From contig NC_043009.1 in assembly GCF_006345805.1 (NCBI RefSeq), positions 50,220,001-50,284,000 on the forward strand: DNA of 64,000 bases, written 5' to 3'. A model generated the notes under the pieces. That model was not told the DNA's origin. It made no database searches and saw only the letters and a program-made list of their open reading frames with translations. Made by a program: the position numbers and the translations under genes. This document shows, one piece after another, positions 25,027 through 38,832 of the stretch. Origin of the DNA: Octopus sinensis. Lineage: Eukaryota. Every line of letters begins with the position of its first letter. Position 1 is the stretch's first letter.

Positions 25027-26333
25027 CTGGAAAAAAAAAAAAACGAAACAAATAGAAGTTATTTCTTTCAGCTCCCACTACACTGAAGATATTCCAGACA
25101 ATCATTGCGCACAAGTAGTCAACCAAACAACAATCTGGCATTGTCGACACTAATTGGCACAGTGCACAGGATAAGTTATTATAACTAATCAGATACATAT
25201 AGCCACTGGTGCAGAACAAATTTCACTGTCCGTCCTCACAACAAATCAGTAATTGAATCAAGCAAATTGTACTGCAGTTGCCAACCTCCATCACAGAACA
25301 CTTTTCTCTTCCATCTCATTTTGTTAAAAAAATATGGAATTTCTAACAAGAGACCATTACCAAGTAAAATTCAGTTGAATTATTTCCATATCTTGTTCTT
25401 ACACAGCTAAATGCAACTCTTTTGGACTGTAGAGTAGCTCATACACCAAATGTAATTTTCTTCAATTCTGCATTATATTTAAACTAATTCTTGAAGATAT
25501 TATGGAAATTTTAATATTTTGCCAACTAATATTGGTTATAAATAAATGCATCAGATGGAAAATAAATTAACAGCAGAACATTCCAAATAATTATTTTCAT
25601 TCCTAGCTAAAAGATACAAATATTGTTTATAGTGGTCCCAAAAGGAATGACTTCATAATAACAAGGTTCCTGTGAATGTATTTGCATTGCTGATAAGCTG
25701 TTTGTTTCGCTTTCCATTGTTTTACAAAACTACAAAGAAAGTATAAATCTTTCATTACATCAGTATGAAGACAAAATATAAACAAAGCTAAGAAACACTA
25801 ATTAAGACATATCAGTATTAATTTAGATGATAACACACTCATATGGCTAAAAACAAGATAGATATTTCATTCAGATAAGAAAAAGGCACTTAGCCCGAAC
25901 ATCAGAATAGCTTTACCTACAGGCAACCAATTCAATTGCTTTATAGCAAAGACCCATTAAAACTAGATTTTTTTAATTCACAAGCTCTAAGACCAAAATA
26001 AAATGAATGTAGATATTTAGCGAAGTGACTAGGAGTTGAACAGCTTATCCATTCCAAGTTCAACAAATAATTTTCATAACAAATCAGTTTGCATTCAAAC
26101 ACAATGATTAAGAAAAATCTGTGATCTACTACGTTTTTCGTTTTCTGATTTATTTTCTCTGTTATTTTATCACGTCTCTTGTTTTCTCTAATTCATAAGG
26201 ATCTTCTTAGATTCAAATAGGAAGAAAAATAGGAACATGAAAGTGGAGCAGAACATATTAAAAGAAGTTGATATACTGTTGACATAAATATATAGAAGAG
26301 AAGTTTTAAAGAACAGCAATAGCTAGTATAATT

Positions 26334-26549
26334 CTTTTGTACTCTAGGCACAAGGCCCAAAATTTTTGGGGAGGGGGCCAGTCAATTAGATCAACCCCAG
26401 GATGCAACTGGTACTTAATTTATCGGCTTCAAAAGGATGAAAAACAAAGTCAACCTCAGTGGAACTTGAACTCAGAACATAAAGACAGACAAAATACCAC
26501 TAAGCATTTCACCCGGCATGCTAATGTTTCTGCCAGCTCACCACCTTAA
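26334..26549 (-). mobile_element. Deu/Nin-like-domain SINE with a 10-bp TSD
   Basis: Same family as 62084-62309; TAGTATAATT flanks it at 26324-26333 and 26550-26559. Confidence 0.8.
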
Positions 26550-26879
26550 TAGTATAATTAACTAACCACTGAGTTTGAGCATTGAATGAATTGCAGTAGG
26601 TAGGTTGAGGTGAAAGTAACTTGTAAATGGAAAATTTCACAGAATAAATCTTCATTATAGTAGTGGCAGAGGGATATGGATTCAATATAACTAACCTAAA
26701 GATTGATCATTTCAATAAGAAAAGGTATCCTGAGCAATCTTCACTGGTGATTTCTAACATGTAAAGGCTCCTTTATCAGTTCATGTAAGGAAGAGTTTCC
26801 TGAAGTGTTGAGTAGTTGCCTTTTAGACAGTCTAAAGAAGAATGATTGTTGAAGTGTCCACTCTGAAACATGACAGAAT

Positions 26880-27398
26880 TTAACATTTCTCTGGGACAAA
26901 GTGGTGAGAAAAGACCTTCAGACTTTGGGCTTCACAGAGGAGATGACAAGGAGCCAAGACTTCTAGCAGTCAGCTGTGCTTCAGAAGACACATCAAGCTA
27001 AGTAAAATCATGGCTGTTCTTTACATCAGGCATGTTCTTTACATTCATCTCTCAGCTGAAAGGGCCTAGTTTTGCGAATTAGAGGGTGCTGGTCCCACAT
27101 AAAAGTACCTATGCAAGGGCTACATAAAAGTGCCTTGCTGGTACCACATAAAAGCAACCATGCCAGTGCTATGTAAAAGTATCCATGCAGGTGTCACGAA
27201 AAAGTGCCAGTGTCATGTCAGTGCTAAGTTAAAAGTGCCCAGTACACTCTGTAAAGTGGTTGGTACTAGGAAAGACATCCAGTCATAGAAACCATATCAA
27301 CACAGACAAAATGGAGCTGAGCAGCTTGCCAGCTGGCCAGCTCTTGTCAAATCATCCAACTTGTGATTTCATGGAGAAAGGACTTTAAATGATGATGA

Positions 27399-27432
<34 letters not shown>

Positions 27433-27561
27433 GGTGATGATGATGATGGTGATGATGATGATGATGATGATGATGGTGATGGGGATAATGATGATGATGG
27501 TGATGATGATGATGGTGATGGGGATGATGATGGTGATGGTGATGATGATGATGATGATGAT
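26880..27561 (+). mobile_element. RTE LINE 3' end: ORF C-terminus, 3' UTR with ~25-nt internal repeats, and a long (GAT/GGT)n tail
   Basis: WDKVVRKDLQTLGFTEEMTRSQDF*QSAVLQKTHQAK* resembles the RTE C-terminus (TWxEVVxxDLxxLGLTEEMTxDRxxWR). The UTR has repeated CACATAAAAGTRCC units and the tail spans 27390-27561. Confidence 0.75.
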
Positions 27562-28149
27562 CTAAAAAGTTGATAGCTGCTAAAAGAGAAGCATTTCTTG
27601 TCAGCTCTAAGAAGAGACCAAGTTTCTTTTATGTAGTTTAGGTAATTTTAAGAAAGATTACAGTACATAGAATATAATACTACAAGTTGAGAGTTGCTCA
27701 TGAAGACTGGACATATGATATGATATAACTACTATGAACAAAATAAAACCTTATGTATGTATTTGTCAATTAAATATAATGCAGATACTCAGATCTTTTA
27801 GGCACATGTTTTAATTTCACTCAGTTGATATTGGTAAACACAAATACAAACTTCTTGAACATAGATTCCATAAAAGGCTGCCATTCTGGTCACCATACTT
27901 CTTTTGATTTTTATGCCCATTGCATATTTGAGGATTTTATTTCAATAGTGACTACCAAGATTATTATTTGGCATTACTTCCTTAAAATCAGATTGACTTG
28001 CCAATACAACACTTTTAATCAATATGTAGTAACTCCTCTACAAATAGTCACCAAGGTAGAAGGGTACTTGACATCTACAATTCAACTTACAAACTTTATG
28101 GTGAACAGAGAGAAACAGGAGTGTGATGCAGCAAAGAATCGGTAGTGAC

Positions 28150-28700
28150 TAACACTTCAAGCAATTCAGGAACTTCAAATGTCCCAGGAACCCTGAGAAC
28201 TTCAAGTGCTGTGACAACATCAATCATCAATACTCCAGCCGAAGCTCTATAAGTTAATTTATTTGTTGTCCCATCACATTTCCATGCAGTATTACTGTTA
28301 TGTTAGAGTGTTTTCCACCCTGTTTTCAGAAACTCCACAGTTCCACAATAGAACACCATCATCCACTATAAATTCATGCAGGAGTTGTAATATTTCATCC
28401 TTCCTTCTAAATCATTTTGTGCTTCTTGAACTTTGTAAAGTGTATCTGTTTTCTGTAGGTGAAGTGCTGCTATTTGTAACTTTTAAATAGCAACTCAGCA
28501 AGAAAAGCTTCCTGCACCCTGCATGAGAACAAGGACCTGTTCAACATAGTTTGAAAGATCTGCCACTTCGAATGGGCCAACGGTGAAGTTGTCTGGCTTT
28601 TTGAGAATGATGGATTCTATTGAAGTACATTAGCAGTTTGAATTCTTTACTGATGAAACATGTGCCTTTATCATTTTCTAATATTACAGGCAGAAGTAAG
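28150..28700 (-). mobile_element. Highly degenerate Ty3/Gypsy-like integrase relic
   Basis: LPVILENDKGTCFISKEFKLLMYFNRIHH resembles the rve motif LPxxIVSDNGTCFTSxEFxxFMxxNGIxH. Downstream is FLAELLFK (cf. SPAELLFG). There are several stops and frameshifts. Confidence 0.5.
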
Positions 28701-28829
28701 TACATGAGTTATGTAAAAAGAATGCCTTGTGATCCTAATAAATAGAACATGTAGAAAAGAGAAATGAGAATAAGTGGTAAAAACTGATCTGAAGAAGCTG
28801 AATTATGCATAGATGTTACAGGATCTCAC

Positions 28830-28861
28830 CAAGAGGCAATATGTGTTGCAGAAGTCATACC
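28830..28861 (-). CDS. Candidate exon (32 nt; YDFCNTYCLL or GMTSATHIAS)
   Basis: Acceptor with a long pyrimidine tract ...gtgttggcag, donor TTG|gtgaga; frame unresolved. Confidence 0.3.
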
Positions 28862-29202
28862 CTGCCAACACAAATATGGAAAAAAAGAAAAAAAATTGTA
28901 AAAAATAATGATGGAGATAAAGGTCTGAATGTTTAGTACCTACACTTGGAAATCTCTTGGACAGTTCATATTCACTTCTCCTCCCATTACCCATTTCTTT
29001 TGCTATCCATCACTCTGCCACCCCCATTACCCATCCCTGAATTACACTCATTACTTTCTTCTCAATAATTTGTTTTGATATTCACCATTCTCTTACTCTT
29101 CTTCACCACCCAGCTATCTTTGATCTATCATTCTTTCTTCTATCAACACCTAGTTCCTATCTTCCTAGCCCTCTGCAATCACTTTCTCTTCCTCCAACTT
29201 AC

Positions 29203-29237
29203 TTGTAAGGAAGAGCTAACAAAGAAATACTGAAATC
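29203..29237 (-). CDS. Candidate exon (35 nt; DFSISLLALPY in phase 0-2)
   Basis: Acceptor tactttgtcag, perfect donor CAA|gtaagt; alternative acceptors at 29229 and 29215. Confidence 0.35.
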
Positions 29238-29968
29238 CTGACAAAGTAAGTAACTGGGGACTTTTTTTAATCTTGTCAGTTATGAAACAATTTTGCTGGT
29301 ACAGATGACTAAATTCTTTTAGTCTTGTCAAAAATAAAGCAGTCTCTTTAGAGCTAGTGCCATGATAAAATGCATCCAGTACATTCTGTAAAGGGATCAG
29401 TGATTCAAAGGGCATCCAGCCATAGAAACCATACCAGTAATGAAATGTACAAAAGTGAAAAGTGGTCTATAGTACATCTAGGAGGACAATAATTCTGGAT
29501 AAGGATAGACTTGGATTGCAACAATTCATTCAACATGAGCCAGTATAAAAAAAGTGAAAGTAAAATGATTTTGAAATTAAAAATGAATCATGAATAATAG
29601 TCAGAAATTTAATACACATGCAAATGAGGAAATAAAAGCTTTCTAAATACAGATGTCTAAATACTGAACAGGATTAAAACTCTTCTAATTCACTGTCTGT
29701 CAAAATCTTTCAACAATGTCAACAGATCTGTAGCCCATGGAGATTAATCTTGCTTATCTACAGCAAACACATCAAATAAGGCTGAATAGTAAATACTTTT
29801 TTCTGAGATTTCATAGATTAAAACTTCATCATAAGAGACTCATTAAAAAGCAAAACTTCTTTCTATGATTAGATTAAAGGATATGTTCAAACAATTATGA
29901 ATGTAGTTTTTCACTGAACAAGCAGCAATGACTTCTAAACAATTCTTATGAGGACATCCCTGAGTTAC

Positions 29969-30018
29969 ATGAAGTTCATATAGCAATGACCTCTTTTCAT
30001 TAACAGGGATGATTGCTT
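29969..30018 (-). CDS. Candidate exon (50 nt; AIIPVNEKRSLLYELH in phase 1-0, or KQSSLLMKRGHCYMNF in phase 0-2)
   Basis: Acceptor ttctacttttatag, donor CAT|gtaact. Confidence 0.4.
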
Positions 30019-33000
30019 CTATAAAAGTAGAACACAAAAGTTTGAAAGAGCAAAAACAAACAGGGAACCACTAATCAAGATGTTCAATGTTCCAGTTCTA
30101 CTTCTAGAATAAAAAGGTTAAATGCAGATAGAGTAAAAAAGAAGAAACATGCAACTATTTACAATAAAACTGCTCTGGAAAAAATACATAAAAATAATAA
30201 ACACTAAGAAAGAAACCCAGGAAAAAATCAAGTTTAAACTTTCATAAAGTTAAGAAGAAAAGAAATAAAGTAAAAGAAACTAAAACTGAAAATAAAACTC
30301 AATGGTGGCAGACAAAATTTAAAAAAGGATATAGTATTGTGAATGTTAAAACAGTCTAAATATAATACAAAACAATGAAACAAAACACAGCATTCTATTT
30401 TAATTCTATATTATCTTTGAAATTTTATGAACTTTGGTATTACTAAGTAGCATTTAATTTGTGGAAGAAAAACCAAAATTCTATTATTTTCAGGAATCCT
30501 AACTCATAAAAACAGAAAGAGTGAGGGGGTGGATTTCAGGAGAGAAAAAAAAAAAGTAAACCAGAAAAATTGCATTACATAAAGAAAAATAGAAATAAAT
30601 GAAAAATCCCTGTAACTCTTCAAATTTTATATTCAAGCAAAAATTTACAATTCTAATTCAACTAAAACCTTAATTACAGGTTCAGAAGAGAGAAAGCAAA
30701 CAAGCTATCGTTTGAATTTAATGTTGTTATAACAAAACAAAATAATATAAATTTTTTTTTTTTTTATGTTTTGATACTTTTTAAAAAAATTTTTACTGTT
30801 TTCAGCAATTTAATTCACTTCATAATTTTAAGTAACAACTAAAAAAAAAAGTAGAGCATCAAATAAAAATATATAAATATTAAAAATTATTTTTTTTTTT
30901 TTAGCTCGCCACCTCACTTATTTTGTTCTAGCCTTCTACCCTCTCTTTCAGCCATACACACATGTGAAAGAATTTTATCACCACCTTTAAATTAAATAGC
31001 CAGATTTAGTGTTTGAAGCGCGTATACGCACATACACACACACACACACACTAATATTGTTTATTGACCATTACTGTACTATTTAACTGCTTACTGTTGG
31101 GTTATATCAAAATCCAGCACCTATGCACTACTGCATCAAGTCTATATTTCTAGTAATTATTTTCAAACTACAACAACAATGTCAATGGATAGAAAAGCAA
31201 TATAAAATTCAAATTAATAATTGGAATTAAAATTCATTTCACATGCAATTCTCGGAAAAAAAAGTTTAAATTCATTTGATCAAGGAACTCAATACAACTA
31301 GAGATTTAATCAGCTGTAATGACTCTTATAACGATTGCCTCAATGAATCTCAAGGCTGGCATGAAATTAAGACTCTAACAGAAAAAGAAGTAAATTACAT
31401 ATTAACTGCCCCATTCTACCACTGCAGGGAGAATGTATTAAATGCTTTGTTCAGTGCACCAACTATGATGAGAATCGAACTTCTGATCTATGAAGTAAAG
31501 ATTTATGAAGTAAAGATCTTATCCATGCTGTGATGGTGTCTCTAAGGTAATAATATATAACTCACTAAAATTGGTGGTTAACACATATAGAATTGCACAA
31601 AGAAGAATTCTATAGATATTTTAAGCCTAGGGTTGGGAAATGAGAGATAAACATGTTTAATATCCTGTGAAATTATTTGAATAAACCTTGCTTGCGTTTC
31701 CCAGAGAGGTATCTGTTATGACAATGAAATTTTAGAGAAAGCCATCTGAGTAATTATTATCCTCAGTATGAATGGAAAATATTTAAATCTGCTCTGTTTG
31801 CAGCCATGTATATGAGCTGAATGGCTGTATGGAAACTATTTCTGAAAATATTCCATACAGACTACTACTGGAAATGATTTTCTAAGAATGTTAAAATACT
31901 GTTATCAATGTATTTTTAGAAATAAATCGAATGTTAAACATGTTATGTGTGTGCAGCCTTCATTCTGGCAAATAGAAAGAATTCTGATTTTTAAATGAAA
32001 TAAAGAAATCAATTTCTAAAATAATTTTCAAAATATAAAAAAGAAAAAGCAAGATCAATTTTAGTTTTCATGCTTATATAGTAAAGCTATGAAAAATCCA
32101 TCAATTCATTGAAAAGAATTTCATTAATAAAAATGCATGTTTAGACTTAACATTTAATTAACTTTCAGCTATGTGAATATACTTTCAGTGGGGAAAAATA
32201 TTATTTTACAATAATACAATCACATTTGTCTTCCTTTATTTATGTCTATCTCACTTGATCATGAAGTTTTACCTATGCCTATGAGATATTTGAGAACTGT
32301 TTATTGCTTGAAAGTAATCAGACTGTATGAAAATATGTGCTAATATGAAGAAAGTTTACTCAACAACAGTTTTTAATTTGCAGTCAGTAACTATTGAAGC
32401 AGAACTGACTTAACAATGGCTCAAGGCAGATAGAATGCTCTGCACAGAAATAACCTAAGCAAAATCTGAACAAAGTACTTAAAGCTCATTGAAAAGAACT
32501 GAGATCAAGATAAACAGAGAGAATTTGCCATTTCACACACACAAATCAAATCTAATAAGTAGCAGTGGAGTGAAACACATTTACAACTTTGTACTACCAT
32601 CATATTAAAGTACTTATTCTGATCCCTTATATCTAACTAAACATCAAGTGCTATACAAGTTTTTAACCTACTCCAGGCTTTCTTAATAGAAGTAACAGGC
32701 ATGACTTTATGCAACATTAACTTTTGAGATCTGGTGGTAAACAAAGCTTACCACTCTAATTGCAAAAGCAATTAACTCATGAACATAAAATACAAAAAAA
32801 AAAAAGAAAAAGAAAAATGCAAAAGTAATTTAAAATGGTTCTCTACTTTCCTATTTAATTAGTTTTTTTTAGGTAATTAAAATTTTAGGTAAACTACCTA
32901 CTTGTTTTACTGATAAAGGAAAATAAATGTCTTCTAATACTAACATGCATACTGAATGTTAATTTTTAACAATTTAGCTTTGCAAAAAGAGAAAAAAAGC

Positions 33001-34303
33001 TAGATAATAAATATACATTGACTTGCTTCCAAGCATAATCCTCTTGAGTTGACTACTCTAAGTAAATAGCATCAAACTAGAGTCCAGTGATTGTTTACCA
33101 TAGCTACAAGCTAGAATCATAACAACTTTATTGAGCATAAATAAAAAGCATCAAAGCATATTGAAGCTAAAGACATTTTATATGTGCTATTAAATATCTA
33201 GGACTATAAATTTAACAATGTCGATATGAACTGACAAGTTAATTAGTTGTCTGATTCAGCTTTAGGTTTAATATTGATTTCTGTTAATGAGGCACAAGAG
33301 GCCTTGAATATTTATAGGAAAAGGTGAGAAAAAACAGGATGTTGTGATATTAATGCCTCTTAGCAAAAACGATTCAACTAAGGGTAGAAAACTGGGTTAC
33401 AGATTTGTTACACTTTTGGCTCACTTTTGGAGCTCTTAGTAGCTTTAGATTAGAAATTAGTTTAAAGCTGTGCTAGTCAGACTATTAAGATATTTTACTG
33501 TTTCTCGCTAGCTACATGATGTTTTGATTGTTGTATATTCTCTTATCCCCTACAGGCATCCTGCTTTCATACCCTTGATTAAATTCTCAATCTTAATTTC
33601 TAACACATTATTTCAATACTTTTATCCACTACATATAAGAAATAAAAGTTCTTAGTTCAAGCTAAAACAAAAGATATATCTGTAAGTAGAAAATGACATC
33701 TGAAGGCAATCAGAAATTAGACCAATCAATACATTGTATTGATAAAAATACAAAAGACTTGATTAACAGTCTGAAAAAAGACACACTACTCCAGTAACAA
33801 TTCATGCCTCAAAATATAGACACACAGACATTTTTTTTCAAGTTACCCTGTTTAAATTTTCCATTTCACTTGCTTGCAATGTTCAATTGTTGTTTTATTT
33901 CTTATACGTGTGAATCTTAAATGAAGCTTCAGATATTTTGCCTTTTAGTTTCTTGCTTTTAGGGAAATTAAAAAAGTAAAGACGAAGAAAATTTAGCTGT
34001 TAGATGAAGAATCATAATTTGCTAATTGGAAAGTCATGGATACAATAGATCAGAGGATACTTATAACTGGAATGATGTTTAATTTTACAGCAAGAGTTTT
34101 AATTGTTCATAGTATATAGTATTGTTCACTATCAAAGTCAGAATTCAAGTGAAACTAAAGTCATAAATATATACCACATTTCACAGACATTTGGTCAAAG
34201 TGATATAGAGCTACAAATACTGAGATCAATATTTTCTGATGACAAATTCAAAATATGACGGATTGTCGTTAATATCTACCAAAAATCAAGTTAAGTCTTT
34301 CAC

Positions 34304-34350
34304 CTTTCTACACCACAAAAATCTGGCAACACCCTAATCTTTGGGAAGGG
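34304..34350 (-). CDS. Candidate exon (47 nt, phase 0-2; PFPKIRVLPDFCGVE)
   Basis: Long pyrimidine tract tttctttttcatctattttctcaaag (AAG acceptor), donor AAG|gtgaaa; only one frame is open; in phase with 38815-38832. Confidence 0.45.
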
Positions 34351-36699
34351 CTTTGAGAAAATAGATGAAAAAGAAATTCTAACATGTTAATTAAGAATAG
34401 ATGAAATCAAATGAAAGAGATGAAACTTTTGTTAATTGCTGTTCACTTTTGCAAATACCTCTGTCTTGATATTTTTTCTTTTAGCTCTGATCAAACAAAT
34501 CAAAAACCAAAAGCATTCTAGCATTGACTTGACATTCAAGCATCTTTTCAAGCAATTTATTTCTAGGATTATGTTATCCAAAGAGTCCTTCTCTTTTTAA
34601 GATAAGATTTGATGAGAGGGAAATTTCTCTGTTATTTTTGTCCTATCAGGTCAAACCACCACAAAGAGACTCATTCATTGGTTTGATCACTGCTCCATGC
34701 TGTGGTTTGGAAATTTTTCAAACTACAAGTTGCACTTGAAAATAAAATGCTTATATTCTAAGTACATTAATAGAAGAAAATTCTTGTGATAAGGTGGGAT
34801 TAGTACTATATTATCAAAATAAGCTCAATGAAAATGATAATCTACTTAGTTAAAACAAATGCCACTGTTATTCTATATATATATATATATATATATGCTG
34901 ATAATGAGATTTAGCTGGTATGCAGCAAGTGGGCATTGTCACTAAAGAAACACAGTATGCTGAAATCCCATGATTTATCAAACATATTCCCTTCTCAGAT
35001 TCACAAACTTATTGCAGCAGTCCTTCAGTTTTTCTAAGCCTTGTAAAAAAACTCAAAAGTTTGGCCTGCAACCAGACCTTTTACAGTACCCTTAAAACAT
35101 TCCCTCACATACATATGTGTGTTTGCATGCACAAGTTTGTGTGCTTGTGCAAATGAGTTTGTATCAGCCTTCATATTCCTGTATGTAAGCAAAAGCCTTA
35201 CTGTTCATGTAGACAGTGTAATTCATTGTGAAAGCAGTCCACTGCAAAATTATGCCTGGGCTTCTTGGCATGTTGCACAATTTTTCTAAATAAAAGGCTC
35301 ATACAAACAGTGTCATTTGTTCTCCAGAAGAGCATTCAGCCACAGAAAATTCTGCCCCAGTGTAGTCTCATCTACAAGCATGGAAAAAGCAGACATTAAG
35401 ATGATGATGATATACATAACCAAATAGCAAAATCTATCTCAAATCACACCTTATTATCTTAGAAAAAAATATGTTGGATAATGTGATTTTGGGTTCCCTA
35501 TGCATGAGAAAAAGATGAGATGGTCATGGTTGGAATGTCTTTGGCCAAATCAGGGCTGATCTAGGGCAAAACAACAACAGCAACTTAATACACAAGAACA
35601 TTAAAGCTACCCATATTTATGAGAAAATCTAAACAGCTCTCAAGGAATGTCAGAACAAAATTTGAGGAAACATTTTCTCTCATGCAAATAAAAACTGTTT
35701 TATTTCATTCTTTTATTTATATACTTTTTATGATCATTCTTTTGTTTTCAAAATTTTATATATATATATATTACTTTTTCTTTCTTCCTTTCCTTTTAAA
35801 TCAAAATATATCTTTCCTGACCAAAAGGTAAAATTATAAGAGGAATAAAAGAAAATAATGCATTTTTAAAGGGTTAACCTGGTAAGTTATTTAAACATCA
35901 AGTACTGAATGATTTACTGATTTATTGCCAAGCAAAGTGACATTTTGCCGTAACTATAACAGAACCCATTAATTTACTTGAATAACTAAAGATATAACTC
36001 TTTAAAAAAAAAGTCCAAAAAACAATATTTTCAAATGAATTACTGAAACAATACTGACAAGCTTACATATATTTATACCTAAATACATATATAGACATAC
36101 AGAGATGTACATACATGCGTACATACATACATACAAATAAACACAGTACAGAGTGTGTATTTTTTCAATTGTTTCTTTGTAGAAATAATACATCATGGTC
36201 AACAGTTATTTATTCATGAATCAACTTTTAATAAGTAAATAGAAAAAAAGCACAACTTGAAGAACCTAAAAAATAAGCTAAAAAACTAAATAATAAAAAC
36301 GAAATCGATTCTTTGGGTTTTAATATAAACTTGAAGTTCAATTGAAGTCAAATTGAAACAATAAACAATATCAAGAAAAGTGGTGGAAGATAAAAAAAAC
36401 ATAATAAAAACAAAGTTAAAATAAAATTAATGGAGTAAAATTGACAATGAATTGTTCAGTTAGGAGTATATGATTAATCACCAATGAGATTGACTTTCAA
36501 TATAATTATTGGTAGTCAGAGACCAGAGAGAGAGAGAGAGAGAAAGAGAGAGAAAGAGAGAGGACAGTGGCCAGTGCCACTGGAAAGACATAGTCCAGCA
36601 TGATGCATAGGATGGAAATAGAGCAAAGTAAAAGACAGAGCTAAGTGTGATATGATACATTATATTAAAAATTAAATGCTGGTACCACACAAAAGCCAA

Positions 36700-38310
36700 C
36701 ACCATACTAAAGGTGAAAGACTGAGTCCAGCTTCATAGCAAAAGCCAAAGTTAGTGCTGTGTGAAGGGCAAAGACCAGTACTATACGGAAAATAAAAAAT
36801 TGATACCAGTGCAATACAAAATGTGAGAGTCAATGCTACATGAAGGATTGAGGTCAATATCATCCAAAAAGTGCAGAGACCAATGCTAAGCTATGAATGA
36901 TAACCAGGTGGGGTTGAGGATAGGGCTATATAAAAGGTGATGACAGATATTTTATGAAGGCTAGTAGCTTGCATTATATGAAGGATGGTAAACTGTTAAC
37001 TGTGATATATGTAGAATCTGGTAGCCATCACTTTATGAAAAGTGGTAGTTTGTGCTATATGAAGTATGGTAGCCTTTGAAATATCTGTAGTATTTGGAAG
37101 GGTCCTTGTTCCAGAAAGAATAAAGAGGGTAGTAGCCTGGAGTATATAAAGGGTGGACAACAGTAGCAGAGCAGATGACAGGTGATAGCCAGTGTAGTAT
37201 GAGAAGTGGTAATCTCCATGATAGGGAGAGTGGTAATCTGTGGCATATAAACAATTGCAACCTGTAGTATATAAAAGGGTGTAGCCAATGCTATATGAAA
37301 TATGGTGGTCAGTGGTATATGAAGAGTAGTAGCCAATACTATATGATGTGCCTGTGGATGATGGCCTGTGGTTATGAGAGGAGGTAGTCAGTTATATATC
37401 AAGAGTAGTATATGTAAGGTGTGATAGCTTGTGCTAACTAAAAGATAGTAGACTATTATATGGAGGGTGGCAGCCTGAAATATATGACGGGTGCTAGTAA
37501 GCTCTATATGAAGGATAGCAGTCAGTACTATATGAAGGGTGGTAGCCAATTCTATATGAAGAGTGGAGTCAGTTCTGTAAGGATAGTAATTTGTGGTGTA
37601 TGAAGGGCAGTAGCCAGTGAGATATGAAGATTAGTATCCAGTGCTATGTGAAGTGTGGTAGTCTGTTCAACATGAAGTTTGGTAGCCTCTTTTATATTAG
37701 GTGTGGTAGCTTGTGGTACTTCAGTGAAATATGAATGGTAGCGTTTGGTGGTATGTGAAGAATGGTAGCAAGTACTATATGAAGGATGGTAGGCAGTTCT
37801 ATATGAAAGGCAACATGAAAATATGTGAACGGTGGTAGCCAGTGGTATATAAAGAGTGGTAGCCAGTGGTATAAAAAGAGTGGTAGCCAGTGCTATATGA
37901 GGAGCTGTAACTAATGCTATATGGAGGGTAGATGAAAGGTAAAGTCAACTGCCAAGGTCGACTTTACCTTTCATCCTTTCGAGGTCGATAAATTAAGTAC
38001 CAGTTACGCACTGGGGTCGAAGTAATCGACTTAATACCTATGTCTGTCCTTGTTTGTCCCCTCTATGTTTAGCCCCTTGTGGTTAATAAAGAAATAGGTA
38101 TTAGCCAAATCTATATGAAATTAGTTCCATATGAAATGAGGTAGCCAGTGTTATATGATGGGCCGTATCCAGTACTATACAAAAGATGGTAGCTAGTGCT
38201 ATATTGAAAGTGGGGATTAGTAGTATATGAAAGGTGGTATTCAATGTTGCACAAAGCGAGACAGCCCTAGTACTATATGAAGGCTGCAGATCACTCAAAG
38301 GTGACTGCTA
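36700..38310. repeat. Degenerate ~24-25-bp minisatellite (consensus ~GAAGRGTGGTAGCCAGTGCTATAT), interrupted by a SINE
   Basis: Units such as GTGGTAGCCAGTGGTATATAAAGA, GTGGTAGCCAGTGGTATAAAAGA and GTGGTAGCCAGTGCTATATGAGGA at 37831-37901; units decay toward both ends. Confidence 0.8.
37931..38096 (+). mobile_element. 5'-truncated Deu/Nin-like SINE with a short 5' inversion, inserted in the minisatellite
   Basis: Body CTTTCATCCTTTCGAGGTCGATAAATTAAGTACCAGTTACGCACTGGGGTCGA...AATAAAGAAATA; 37931-37949 is the reverse complement of 37957-37975 (18/19). Confidence 0.85.
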
Positions 38311-38814
38311 TTGTTCACCAAGGTAATGACAAAAGCTAAAGTCAAACAGTGAAATATGGTCAACAGAAAAAGAAGCATTGTCGTCAGTAGAGAAAGGAAC
38401 TTATTAGCTTAAGACAGTTAGGACAAAGTGATAGAAAGTGGGAGACGAAAATAGTGTAGGGGCTAGAACTGAAGTAAAATACGAGCCAAAACACTGCCGG
38501 AAGTTAGTTATGCATACAACAGAACTGACACAAATAGAGAATTCATTTGCTATGCAAGCTGAAGCAACCACCAGAGCAAAGTCTATTCAGCCAGCTTGTA
38601 AATAAATGTGCAATAAAGATAACATCAAAACTATTAGCAGTCAGATATTGTTACAGGGGAATAAAAATTAATTTTCATAGGGGAAAATTGGTTAGATATT
38701 AAAGATACTAAAGCAAATCTATTCCCCGGGTGACGATGCAGGAACAATTAAGAAAAATTAGCCTTTTCGTCAAGAAAATAGGCAAGAGAAATCAATAGTG
38801 TTGCATGTGGTTAC

Positions 38815-38832
38815 CATTTTTAGTGCAAAGCT
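38815..38832 (-). CDS. Candidate 18-nt microexon (phase 0-0; SFALKM)
   Basis: Acceptor tgttactgtttttaatag, donor ATG|gtaacc; bridges 39602-39688 and 34304-34350 in frame. Confidence 0.4.

Noticed and set aside
36700-38310. CRISPR-like repeat-spacer interpretation of the minisatellite
   Set aside because: Units are contiguous and degenerate with no unique spacers, no cas genes are present, and the context is eukaryotic.
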